Assembly (NCBI GenBank): GCA_051294905.1
Contig: CM119383.1
Location: 10,044,001-10,108,000, forward strand
Length of the DNA: 64,000 nucleotides
Origin: Botryllus schlosseri
Lineage: Eukaryota
Reading direction: 5' to 3'
Shown here in pieces: positions 1 through 11,972 of this stretch (position 1 is the first letter of the stretch; every line of letters starts with the position of its first letter). The notes beneath the pieces were generated by a model that searched no databases, had not been told where the DNA came from, and saw nothing but the letters and a program-made list of their open reading frames with translations. Made by a program: the position numbers and the translations under genes.

Positions 1-143
1 AATATGACGATGGCGAGCAGTGAAGAAAGTATCGCAACAGCTATGTTGTTCGTCGCCCCGTTGGACGTATCTTGACCGGACAAATTACTTTGAAAACAGG
101 AGGCATCATCACAAGCAGCAAAGGTACCGGTGACGTTAGTCAT
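1..143 (-). CDS. N-terminus of a probable class A GPCR (or other membrane protein), truncated by the window edge
   Basis: The minus strand from ATG at 143 reads MTNVTGTFAACDDASCFQSNLSGQDTSNGATNNIAVAILSSLLAIVI. It has a short polar N-terminus with N-glycosylation sequons (NVT, NLS), no signal peptide, then a hydrophobic helix starting at the edge. There is an in-frame upstream stop. Not in the ORF track. Confidence 0.6.
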   Translation of the reverse strand, partial: MTNVTGTFAACDDASCFQSNLSGQDTSNGATNNIAVAILSSLLAIVI

Positions 144-2623
144 CGCTGAGACGGAGAGCTTTTTATGTCCTTGAACCGAGCACCACCGTGTATCTCAGAG
201 GTAGCGACGGTAATACTCATTGTTCTGTCATTTAGAAAGATTACGCACTAAAAGAAAATTAATAGATATCATATTAAAAATACCAGTTTTCTGAAAACTT
301 TATATGTGCATATTACACTGGCCATTTCATAAATAGTATGGTTTCCAAACAGTGATAGTGCCAAACCTCCGAGCATGATATCATTGTACCTTGCAGATAG
401 ATATGTCTCAGCGGCGATGATACATATATATAAGGTGAAATCCTTCGAAACTGCAAATAAAACGTCGGAGCACATGCCACAGCCACGTCTAATCATCGTG
501 GGATATGACCGCGAACCCAGGAAACTTTATTTACCTCTGTCTTGTGCACACTATACAGGACCAAATTAACGAATATTATAACATATCTCCTGGTAATAAT
601 TACTGTCAGCCGCTCATTGCAACCTGTATACAAAAGCAAAAATAGAATCGATTGTAGTGCCTTGATTGTGGACGCCAAAGATTATTTTCACGCTGATGAG
701 TTCAATGGAGCCGAACAGCTTACCAATAATCCGAGATGCACCTACTCCTCATCATACGGATTGATGAGATAATCCGCTCGGAACTAGAAGGCAGACGATA
801 TTTCATTTGGACATTATACACTTGAATAGTGGCACATATATGGGCAATGGGCATAGAATTTGACCGGAAAAGTCACATAGGGTGCGGGGATCGTTGTTGA
901 ATGGGATTACATTGTATGCGTTGAAATCGCAAAAATGCCTCGCAAGGCATTTTCAGCATATCAATTTGAGCACATTGATCAGTAAGCCTCATTTACAGAC
1001 GCTGATGACGATCATTAGATATGCGATTGAATTTTTAATCAATTTTTAATGCATTTAATGATTCCCGAACTAATCTATTTTCGTTTGGTAACATAGCATT
1101 ATTGCGGTTACAGGTTACAAACATTTACATATACATATCGAATACCGTAAAAACGACGGGACGCCGATTTAGAATGAGCAGAGAATATGCAAAATGTGGA
1201 AAATACTCTTGCAAATCCAACTCGAGTCTTCACAATAAGGTAGCTGAAATCTCTGCGTATAGGCACTTAAAAACAGTAATTCTATCTAATGGTAGAAGTA
1301 CTGTCACTGTCACGGTATAACTATATATGGTCTCGCAGACTTGACTCATGCTCCTGAGTTAGTTCAATTTTACGCACATTACTACATTCTAAAATACTTG
1401 AGGCTACTCCCCACTCGAACACAGTTGGAGCTCGGAAACATCTCGATACGGACGGTAAGTCAGCACAACATGCAACGCATATATGAATTGTAAGACGAAG
1501 CGTCGTTAAATAAACCAAACTCTCGAATTGAATTACAAATCGATGTACGCGAAACAAATATTTGCAAGAAAGCAATTCAATGAGTCACCCTGAAGAGAAG
1601 TCAGCTGGGAATACTTTATCAACAATATCAAAACAAAGTTTCAACCGGTGGTCGGATACATGCGATTTCCTATCAAAATATTCTAAAATGATTTTAGCAT
1701 CATTACGACCATGATAATGCATATTGCATATAGCCCTATATCATACGACTTCAGCGGGATGCATCCGTCTGGATTGAGCGGATGGTTTCAGATCGAACTT
1801 GCATTAATATTACTAATGACAAGAATAAAAATAGATTCATAGCACTGGAAAAGCGCAAATTGTATCCGGCCACGCAACTGAACTGAACGAAGCTAAGTCA
1901 ATTCAGTATACGCATTACACACGCGTCCACTATAGTCGAGTTACTAAGTGACAAGTGGCAACTATGCAGTGTTATAAATAGCTATAAGCATATGGCAAGG
2001 AGCATAAAGGAAATTATACTAAGCAACTCAGTTCATGGATGTCGAATATATTAATTTGGGTTTTTTGATCCTTTGTTCGATCACTTTCTTCGATCGCTTC
2101 GGTAGTGTTCCAGATCGTCTCAACCGGAGTTGCAGTTGACCATCGGTATGATGCGAATTATAACACCAAATAGTACGACACATCACGCCTACAGGCTACT
2201 GCTATCAAGGATGTGGCGAATTGGAAAACACTGTGACTATGACACATTATTATCAACTGGTACCTACTATACCATCTATACCTCTTACCTAACTGACTCT
2301 GCCTGCATTGTTATATGGCTTACGTTAATCAGTTACCATTAGCTAGATAAGCAAATTTTGCACGAATTACTATCTTAACAACTGCGCTCGTGACCATGAT
2401 ATATTAGAGAATATAGCCAATGTATGAATCAACATACTTATATAATCAACAGGAAATCTGCGTTATCTGGTCTTATTGATCCAAATGTATAGTGTATTAC
2501 TGTATTATAGGCTACATCAAATCCAACCCTCCGCAGACCCAGACGATTTGATAACCAACACAATATTTACAATTGACTTCCGACTGGCCGATAGCAGACA
2601 GGTGTTTACTTATGCTTGTAGGA

Positions 2624-2690
2624 CAGGGGTCGGCAACTCGCGACTCTGGAGTCGCATGTGGCTGTGGCTCTTCTCGCCTGACTGTAGCTT
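2624..2690 (+). mobile_element. hAT (Charlie/Buster-like) MITE 5' fragment
   Basis: CAGGGGTCGGCAACTCGCGACTCTGGAGTCGCATGTGGCT is a typical Charlie-type terminus, preceded by TTGTAGGA (central TA). The other end was not found. Confidence 0.45.
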
Positions 2691-4148
2691 TATAAAATGC
2701 CCTGAAATAACACTTGCGTAGTTTACGAAACACGATCTCTGAAGGTGCTGACTTTGAATATGATGTCCGTCTACCGTATCAGCCTCAGATTTTTAGTGAC
2801 CCCGTGCCCCAATTCCCCCGCAAGGTAAATATGCCATTTCGCGATCATGAAAACTAAACTACACCTAACTCGTTTCTAGATATTGGCCTATTGGTAACGT
2901 CTTTCGCAACGGGGTTGAGGCATGGTCAAAATTTCATTTTGCTTGTATCGTACGTATACGTACAGCGTACACTCGTACACATTATTTGCGAAAAGCAAAT
3001 TTTTTAACACATGCCATTCACTTTTCCCCTCTCCATTTTTATTCTTTGACCTGTCTTGAAACCAATCTTTATTATGTCGATTTTATCGCTTAAAGCGCTT
3101 ATGTTCCTTGGTATAATTCACCCCTGCTCCTCTTCAGAAGCAGACGGTCGTAAATAACGCAGAAATAATGTAAGCGTAGCACACGAAGACAGACTTAAGA
3201 CCTAATATGACATGAATTTCCATTTTTCGCCGAGTCAGGGACCGGCAATCTCTTCGACTCGCTGGCTGGAAGAATACTTGACTAGCTTTGGTTGACGGGC
3301 CGGATATACGCTGATCGGACTGGATTTGATATACATGTGAAGTGAATTCTGCATTTGTATTTGGACGTGGATTTAAACAGCAAGACAATTGCAGTAAGCG
3401 AAACAGAATATTCGAACGTTTGTTTCTTCGATTTCATTAACCAGCGAAGGATCATTGTATTATCTCTGAAATCTTTACGTTTTCGTTACTCTCGCAAATA
3501 CAATTTGAGTCTTATTATTTTTAGTCACGGATTACATAAATGCTGTATACTTAACATGAGCGTACGGAAACCGTAACTATATTGTTTCCGTCAACGGGGA
3601 TCAAACAATCGTCTACCGAATGATTACATTTGATGAAAAATGGGTCAAAACGGCTCTGTGATCTTGAGGTTACTGACCCCTGACCCAGGGTATCGATACA
3701 ATGATGTACTGAAAATTAATACACGATATACATGCACTGCCATAAAACCTCATCGCGCTGAGAAAATCAAGTAGGAATGAGATCGGCGGCTCATTCGCGA
3801 TGCATACGAACAGCGTTTCCAGGTAGGCTTTCAGGTTCTGACTTGGAGCAATGTTTAATCGACAACCTATACACAAAAGGACAGCAACAAACTTACATCA
3901 CCACGCCCTGTGTAACCAAATAATGGGACCATAGATGCTATCGCATCGCGATATATTCACCCACCAGTGGTGTTGGCATGAATTTCTCAGACTAAATCGT
4001 CACAAAAAAATATAGTTTCAACAGCGTTAATTGCGTTGCGTACGTATTGCCGCGTCCTGGATTATGAGCCGACTGTCGGTCTGCGGCAGCAATCAATAGT
4101 GAAATATTCTATATTCCAACTTTACCGTCGCACGTCATACTATGCAAC

Positions 4149-4174
4149 GTGTGTGTGTGTGTGGGGGGGGGGGG
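4149..4174. repeat. (GT)n microsatellite followed by a poly-G run
   Basis: Direct reading: gtgtgtgtgtgtgt then about 12 G. Confidence 0.85.
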
Positions 4175-5754
4175 AATTCAATTACTACACTCTGCGAGTA
4201 TAATGTATATTTCTGTCCTGTTATGCAACAACCCTTCTCTTTGCCATTTCAAAGTAAGATATTGATACACATTCCTACGATAGCAAGAAAAGCACGCAGT
4301 AATTGGATATTGCGATATGATATATCGCGACGTGTTATCATGCAGCGACTGAAATGCGTTCGAAAGACACGTCATTGTTCATAATTATTCCTCAATATTG
4401 CGCCTAAGTAAAATTATATTTTGAAGTGATTGTAATCCGAGTCCACAAATAAAGTCCGCTTTCGGCGCCTGTGTCGTATATATAACTCATCTCAGATGGG
4501 TACGGGACCAGCCCTAGCTTGAACCAGTATCCATCGCCCATTGGTAATACTGTATGTACTGTACATTCTCCAGCGACTACACGAATCCTGTCAAAGTATT
4601 CTAGCGATCCATACAGTCGGAACTGCAACCACTAATTACTAAGGCTGTCTAATTTGCACAGCATCAATTAACGGATACATCTGGTCTCCGAAGACATTGA
4701 AATTATCTGTACAACCTCCATCGACCCCGCGTCAAACTATATCGGAAGGACCTACGATGAAGCTCTCGGAGCGACACGTCTGGATCGACCATTTGGCATT
4801 TGACGAATTAAGTTGGTAAACAACCAAAACAAGTCGTGGGCTTACTACAACTTCGTAGTGTGCGATCGAACAACTACCGCTACCTTGCGGTATCAATTAC
4901 ACTGCTTCATTAGCACGCAAACCATAACGTTTTCTCATTTCTCACACGATCCGTCCTCGCGTGTATCAAAATCAGGAATATCTATATACCTGATCAAAAT
5001 CCCCAAATTCATATTTATGATCATCATTTATGCACGAACATTAGCAACAGAATGCAGAAACTTCACAAAACAACCCCAGTAGTTTGAAATCGAATTCTAT
5101 TCGTCGGTCGATCGGAGGATCCTTGAAACGTGGTCGAATAGCTCTTCTTCGGATTGTTGACGACAGTTCTGCTACTGATCGTCTCAGTGTTGCTTGTGCC
5201 ATTAGACATGAACAACGTTCTGGCTTCCCCGTCCTTCTCTTACAGAAACGGTAGTACAAAATTTAGGTAGCATTCATCCACAGTCCACACACAGGACGGG
5301 CAGCCTAAAGGGTTGGGATTAAGTTGGGGGAGATTTTAAAGAGACATAACATTAATAAATCACAATATTGAGGCGACATTATGGATTCATTCAACACAGA
5401 TACGGAAGAACGTGCCTCTTCATATGCCGGTTAAGGCCGAGTAAACAACATTGTATTAGACTGCGTTCATTTCTACTTTTTACATGTGAATCAACCGTGT
5501 CTGTAACTCTTTCGTGCGGTCTTATTCTAAAATTCGATTCTTTGCCAAATAACCGTTCAAAAATCCGTACTAGCGATCCATAGTAAAGAGGCAACGAACG
5601 AACAGCAAGTCACAATTATACCTTGCCATTCCACTTCTAATGCAACACTGAGACGACTTTGTTATGGATATGAAATACAGCTATAGTTATCGAATATGTT
5701 GTAGCAAACTTCACTGTAGCTACACAATATCATTAGTACTAGTAGTGCACTCAC

Positions 5755-5917
5755 TTTGGTTATGGTGCTGAGCTGCGAGTAACGCACCGACGGGGAGGTG
5801 TGACTTGGCGACCCCAAACTGGCGAAGTAGCCCTCGCTCAACGCCGGCGACATAGGGGAGAAGTACATTCGCAAGCCTGGAAGCTCTCTTCGATCTGTGT
5901 TGCATGGGTTTGCAAAC
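5755..5917 (-). CDS. Candidate exon, possibly the cytoplasmic tail of the EGF-TM gene
   Basis: Acceptor ctttcaag, open phase-2 frame (R)FANPCNTDRRELPGLRMYFSPMSPALSEGYFASLGSPSHTSPSVRYSQLSTITK, consensus donor GTGAGT. The phase matches the phase-2 end of the TM exon at 8382. No homology recognised. Confidence 0.35.
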
Positions 5918-6589
5918 CTTGAAAGTTAGATATGAATTTGTGTTTGACAAGTGAAAACGCACGATAATATGTCATGCAGGACCGAAACAGCACTTCGTCA
6001 CCTCCCACCTAAAAAACGCCCGTCTTGGAACTTCACAGGGTGACCAACCAACTGATATGACTGACTTTGACGACGTGCCTTTCACCCACCACTCGAAAGA
6101 GGTAGTTTTAATGTGTAAGTATGTGCGTAGTTAGCAGGCCTTTATTGAGCGCATTATTTCCCCCTGTTGGGGGGGGGGGCATTGATACTGTGTGATCCAG
6201 ATTGTAGGGACAGAATTATTTGGTGGCGACCATTTAGGGCTTAGGCACATATAGACAATGGAAAATTTAGCATAATATCAAAGGTCTCGGACAGCACGCA
6301 ACGGTTATATTCGGCGAAGGTTTGCTCACTGCCGATATTTCTGGCAGACACACTTCGACGAGTGACATGTTCGCCGAAACTTCATAACGGTTGCCCGATC
6401 ATTGGTTATGCGACACAATGAAAAATGACAGTTGAGCAATGAGCATGGGACACCTTCGCATGAGTCACTTCAGCATGTGACATTATCACCCCAAAACCAA
6501 CCCTAACCCCACAACCCGGAAATTAACCCTTATGTATCCTAACCCCAACCATAACCCAAACCCGACCCTAAATTTGGAAAGGAAAGGAC

Positions 6590-6700
6590 GTAGTTTATTT
6601 TTGTCCTTGATGTTTTTGCGGCATATACACCGACTCGTGATATACATACACACGATCTGCGCATATGCATATCATGAGTGTGGGTATTTATCTAAAATCG
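6590..6700 (-). mobile_element. 3' tail fragment of the tRNA-derived SINE
   Basis: Diverged copy of 6930-7030 (tttatttt..ccttgatgtttttgcggcata..acacacgatctg..catatgcata). Confidence 0.7.
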
Positions 6701-6920
6701 AATAGAGCGGGTGCTTACTATTCTAGGTCGCCTTTCTTCGGAAGTGTTCAGTAACGAATGATTTTACTTTATAGCAGTACTCAGGTGGTTTTTGCCGAAA
6801 CAGCCCCTGTGTGATGAGAAGAAGTTTTATTTTCGAAAATTGCTGTAGATTGAGCGTCATTAGTCAATATGCGTTGCGGCGAAGATGCATCGCGCAGAAT
6901 TCTGCGGCTTTGGTAAAGTA

Positions 6921-7240
6921 GTAAGAAGTTTATTTTTCTCCTTGATGTTTTTGCGGCATACACAGATTCATGACATACGTACACACGATCTGTACATATG
7001 CATACCACGAGTGTATGATGTGCATATGCCGCTGGACAGGAAGGTGCAGATATAGCCTTTTACGGCTTTATAAGTCTTGCACCACCCCTCCATGCTATCA
7101 CAGTAATGCATGAGCGCCAAGCAGGGAAGCCATGGATACCAGTGTTACCAATCAGGTCTTTGGTCTGACCCGGCCGGGGATCGAACCCACGACCTATACC
7201 GATCGAGATGCCGGACGCCTTGCCATTACGCTATCTCGTC
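6921..7240 (-). mobile_element. Full-length tRNA-derived SINE
   Basis: The minus strand has a Pol III A box TAGCGTAATGG (7233-7223) and B box GGTTCGATCCC (7187-7177). These are followed by GGGTCAGACCAAAGAC...TGGTATCCATGGCTTCCCTGCTTGGCGCTCA and a tail ending in an A-rich stretch. Further copies lie at 6590 and 47030. Confidence 0.8.
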
Positions 7241-8381
7241 CAATCCTAACCCGGAATTTAACCCACATTCCCATATGTCCGCGGACCACTTCATATTTCT
7301 TGGTGTGTCGCATCGCGGTAATGGCCGGCGCCGAAATGCTCCTTCTATAAATTATAATTATACGTATTTCATTTCTTGGTGGGGAGGGGTGGTCGTATAA
7401 AAAGGAAAATATCTATAGTGACATTAAATCGCGCGATGAGAGATATCAATTTAAATCTCCCTAAAATATTCTTTGATATAATTTATGTTTTTATATATTT
7501 TGGACCCCAATCGAGCTCACCACAATTGCGAGAAGTTTGGGGTGCGGCAGTCATGATGTCCTCCCATAAAATCGGATATGTAGACTCCAGTGTGACCAGG
7601 ATGCCACTTGGGATGTACTGTTGAAAATTTTACGCCAATTTTCAGCAATGACGTATAGACCAGGCTGTAAAAACCAGGACCGAAACAGTACTTCGTCAGC
7701 CTCCCGTCAAATAAAACGTTGGTCTTGGGCCCCAATAGTGTCGTACACCAAACTCCTAGTGGAGGGCGACGGCCCTATCTACCACCTCCAGATGAAGCAC
7801 ATTTTACTGAAGTAGGGGTTCAGTATGTATTGATAGTCGCGCGTGGCGCAAAAATATCATATTCAGGACTGAATTTTGTCTATAATAATGATAATTGGAT
7901 ATATTGCTATTAATTTTTCATCTTTCATCTCATTTATTGGTAGAGATGAGGGAGGCGGTGACTTCAGATAGCGAGCGCGGGACTATTCCGAGCCTATGGA
8001 CAATTGGTAACATATATATTGATGGTTTCGGCCAACACGCGGTGGTCATTTTCGGTAAGGTTTTATTTGGTAACACACTTTGCGAAGTCGCATGTTGGCC
8101 GAAACTTCAGAAATCCTGGTAATCACTGGCGCAGAAAAGCCGATTTAAAAAAATGATGCTTAGATTTTGTTTAACATTTTGTAGAAAATATAATTCATAT
8201 TGATTCGCGAAATAATTATGGGCACTTTCGAGCTCGCCCCCTCCCTTATTGGGGGGTTTGGTGCGGCAGATATGGACCTGTGTATGCGTGCAACGTGCGG
8301 CTTTTAGGTAACCGGATCCGATTCTTCAGAGATATTAAACCATCAAATATAGTATATCATACCAATACCATTCCACTGTAC

Positions 8382-9164
8382 CTGCAGCCAACATATGCCC
8401 GGGTTCGGGTGCGACGCTTCGAATTGGAAAGGTTTTCTAGTTTTTGAACTTTGACCGTCAACCTTGCTATCCGTATAATTAGAAGAATAACAACTACAAA
8501 AACAACTGCAGCGCAGACACCTGTCGAATAGGATAATATATGTGATAAGGATGAAGGAACATGTGTGTGTAAGTAGCGATGACCTATGTTATATATAACA
8601 AATGCTTGCGTTGGTAAAACTCTCAATATAGGACAATGTGCATCTCAATGAGTCAAAGAAACTTTCACACCATTTATAGCTCACCCACGATAGCCGACAC
8701 TTTCGCGATACTCTCCGCTGTCTCACAGTGATCGCCACGGAACCATAACTCTGACGTTGAGAGGCACCTAAAAAGGTACGAAAGGAAATCATCTCTGAAA
8801 ACATTTTCTCGAGAAGCCTCATCTTCCTACCGGCATTCCATTCTACCGTGGACGTTGACGATGCATATGCCGTTATTAAGGCAATACCCAGGATTGGTAT
8901 CACATGATAAACCTGCCGCTGAAGTCATATTTACTTCGTCTTGTTTTACGACCGGCGTGGTCTGAAGTCTCGATAATCTTCCCATATCCCTATTCTCCGA
9001 CTTCTCTGTAACAGCGTAGCTGTTCCATACCGATGACCATCCTATCCTGAAAGTAGGTCCCATTCCTAACGGTTTTAGAAAAATCGTCCTCCGTTCTACT
9101 GCCGAGCTTTCACTGATCGGTCGTCGAGGAATACGATGCACCATAAATCCTTCCCCCAACGGCA
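8382..9164 (-). CDS. Single-pass membrane protein with a juxtamembrane EGF-like domain (IMPG2/MUC3-type or ErbB-ligand-like); partial model
   Basis: Exons about 9164-8831, 8767-8685 and 8520-8382, with GT-AG introns and consistent phases (2,1,2). Spliced product: ...CDTNPGYCLNNGICIVNVHGRMECR/CLSTSELWFRGDHCETAESIAKVSAIV/GVCAAVVFVVVILLIIRIARLTVKVQKLENLSNSKRR. The first and last exons were not resolved. Confidence 0.8.
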
Positions 9165-9654
9165 CTTATCTTCGGTAATGAAAGACGTTTCATACTTCCT
9201 CTGACACGTTGAGACAATCACCAGACGCATTCAAGACATATCCCGAAGGGGAATTATTGCTACTCGAAGCTGATCATCTGATCTGTGTGCGCGTGCCTAC
9301 AGCTAACCCAATTGATTGTCTGTAGAATTTGTTGATTATATACCTACCGGATTGATCCGGCTACTCGTAGAAGCTGGCCATTTTGTTTTGTCTCATGCAA
9401 GGTACGGGCGAAATGACCCAACGTGTCGTTAGTTATAGAAGTTTTCTTTTTCCTAGGTTGCGTGGTGTTTGAAGTCCGTAATTTAATGCGATAACTATAA
9501 CTCATAGAGGCCATCTTGCGTGTCTAATATAATACGTAATTATGGATCTGCATTCTGCATACTAGAGTATACGTGGGGATGCAAAATTAATTTTACCGAA
9601 TACCGTCAAATTAATCAAAATAGGGGTACTATATGGTTAGAGATCGCCTATAGC

Positions 9655-9893
9655 TAGGCCAAGGTCAGTGTCTCATTTCAAAGACTAGGCTACTCGACAG
9701 TCGACACCTTCCTATCTTTTCATTGTATCGCAGTCTTGAGGTGTTTTGAAATTATGAAATTGTTAATAGGTTCGATTATCAGCAGCTTTTATCAGTTCAG
9801 TACACCACACAAATTGCGATACAATGAAAAAATAGGAAAGAGTCGAAACGACTCGGAGAATTCTTTGAAATCAGAAACCCGCACCTTGGCCTA
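9655..9893. mobile_element. Palindromic MITE with TA-flanked GGCCAAGG termini
   Basis: The left end TAGGCCAAGGT..TTTCAAAGA..CCTATCTTTTCATTGTATCGCA pairs with the right end TGCGATACAATGAAAAATAGG..TCTTTGAAA..ACCTTGGCCTA. A half copy lies at 55907-56030. Confidence 0.7.
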
Positions 9894-9896
9894 GGC

Positions 9897-10891
9897 CAGG
9901 GGTGGGCAATTATTTTCCTCGGCGGGCCAAATGAGAAAAATAAATACGTTGGCGGGACGAGTGAAAATTGTTAGCTATATTCTCCAGGGTGTTTTCATTT
10001 TATTTCCAAATTACATTGTTATTAAAAGCTGCTCAGTGAATGTGTTGATATTAGGTAAGGAGAAAGTGACGGTTAATTAAAAAAATATTTAATTGCTGTC
10101 ATCATTCGAAATAGTATTAAACGCGAGTTTTTTTTCAATAAACTTCTACTTCGCGCCACCCTCGTGATGCTTTCACGTCTCCCAATTCCAGAACCACTGC
10201 ACTGAAATGTATATGCAATGGTACAAAGCTAATTCTATTAATCGCTGCCTTCCTAGCAGTGTGTAGTTTAAATAGCCTTATGTTGAGCGAAGCTTGCAGT
10301 TTTTCTGAACTTCGCCCTCCCTTGACCGAGTGTTTCGTGCTTTTGTCGTAAGACCGAATTTATAAGTCCTTATTCTCCGCGACATGCTCGGCAAAACGGA
10401 CGGGTTTACCCCTGACTCCAGTATGCGAATATTTAGTGCTCTAAATTCTAAACCTTAACCTTCTTTGAATTTCAGTTTTCAGTTTTCATTTTTTGGCATG
10501 CCCATTAATCCTTTATGGGTGATAGATCTGATGAGTTATGTAGTAATCACGAGTACTGGTTGACTTGTTTTACGAATTAGGTAGTTGAAAATATATCCCA
10601 TAACAAATTGAAACACATACCGTATTGGGTATTGTGACAATGGCAACAAGGATGGTTTGGACTAAACTATATGGGAAGACGAGTCATCCCATGTCAGGTA
10701 CGGAGGTAGCGGAATCGTGGCATATTAATGAACACTTGAACAGGCTTCAAAGTAAACGAATTTCTTGTTCATTTGATAGATTTTATGGTTTTAGTCATTT
10801 AAAAAGCAATTAAGTTTTATGTTTTGAATTCCAAGCAACCTTTCGCTGGCCGCACAGAATAGCTTCGCGGGCCGCAGTTTGCCCAGGTCTG
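9897..10891. mobile_element. hAT (Charlie/Buster-type) non-autonomous element
   Basis: TIRs CAGGGGTGGGCAA and TTGCCCAGGTCTG; 8-bp TSD GCCTAGGC/GCCTGGGC. Confidence 0.8.
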
Positions 10892-10992
10892 GCCTGGGCG
10901 ATGCAAATAGGAGGCATGCACAGTTGCACACTGAATGAAAATGAAAAAGAAGATAGTATAGAAAAGCAAGCGACCAATGAAATGGGATGCCA

Positions 10993-11972
10993 TAGGGATG
11001 GTGTGAACCTCTGAAAGGTTCAGGTTCGTGTGAACGCGAACGTGAAACTCATGACGTCACGTGACGTCATATTGCTAATTCTAACCCGATATTTCAGTGA
11101 AATGATAGCCTATATTAATGTTCACGATACCAATCGACGACTCGGGCCACATAATGCCACAATGCTGGAGCTGAAGTACATATTGACGTTCTAATTGTCG
11201 CTAAATGTATCAACTGGGGAAATCAAATGATATAATAATCTCATAAAATCAATATCTTCCGTCACTTTGCCAACAATTTCGACGAGGACTTGTAAGGGAG
11301 TATAAGCTTAGGCTACGCCTTAACGGTCTAGGCCAGACCGGATAATGTATTCGGCGTTTGAGTATTTCTACATTTATATTGAGCAGAGTGTAAAACCGGG
11401 TTCTATACTTGCGACCGATATTACCCCATTACCAAGTTTTGCAGCAGTAGCCAACACCCCAATCGCATGGATTTGGTTTTTATGATACAGTAAACATATG
11501 AAGTCAAGATTGACCCCGCATGCTTGCTAGATTTTTCACATCAGACAACGATATCAATCTCATTGATTCGTTGAATAAGCATCATTGGCTGACTACATGT
11601 AGTGTATTTCGCTCTTGATGTTGTGTGATTGCGGGTCAAGCTCACAGCAGAGAGTCACTAAATATTCACTAACGGAATTCTGGATATTTCGAGCAAACTT
11701 TTGTAACAAAGCAAGTAAAATTATTGAGATTGTCATGTTGCATGCTCGTTTAGTGTTGATTTTTTATGCTGCCAACGCCGTGCCCAGAGTGGCCCACATA
11801 TAGAAATGTAATACTTTTCAACCAAGGATGTTATAATGAAGTGAAAATTGTAGTATATGAAAAAGGTTCACAGTGCAGAACCTCCCAAGGTTCGTTTGTG
11901 AACGTGAACCTCTAAATTTCCGACGTTCACACACAGAACGCGAACGTGAACCTCACGTTCACACCATCCGTG
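10993..11972. mobile_element. MITE with (T)AGGGATGGTGTGAAC-type TIRs and subterminal GTGAAC repeats
   Basis: GGATGGTGTGAAC at about 10996 and GTTCACACCATCC at about 11957; clusters of GTGAAC/GTTCAC at both ends; TSD degenerate. Confidence 0.65.

Noticed and set aside
5977-7730. Possible hammerhead ribozyme (CGAAAC..GTC on plus, CTGACGA on minus)
   Set aside because: The two core halves are on opposite strands and stems II/III cannot be formed.
7928-7992. Candidate terminal exon RLGIVPRSLSEVTASLISTNK-stop for the EGF-TM gene
   Set aside because: Phase fits, but it lies within the diverged repeat region and competes with the 5917 exon; not supportable without transcripts.
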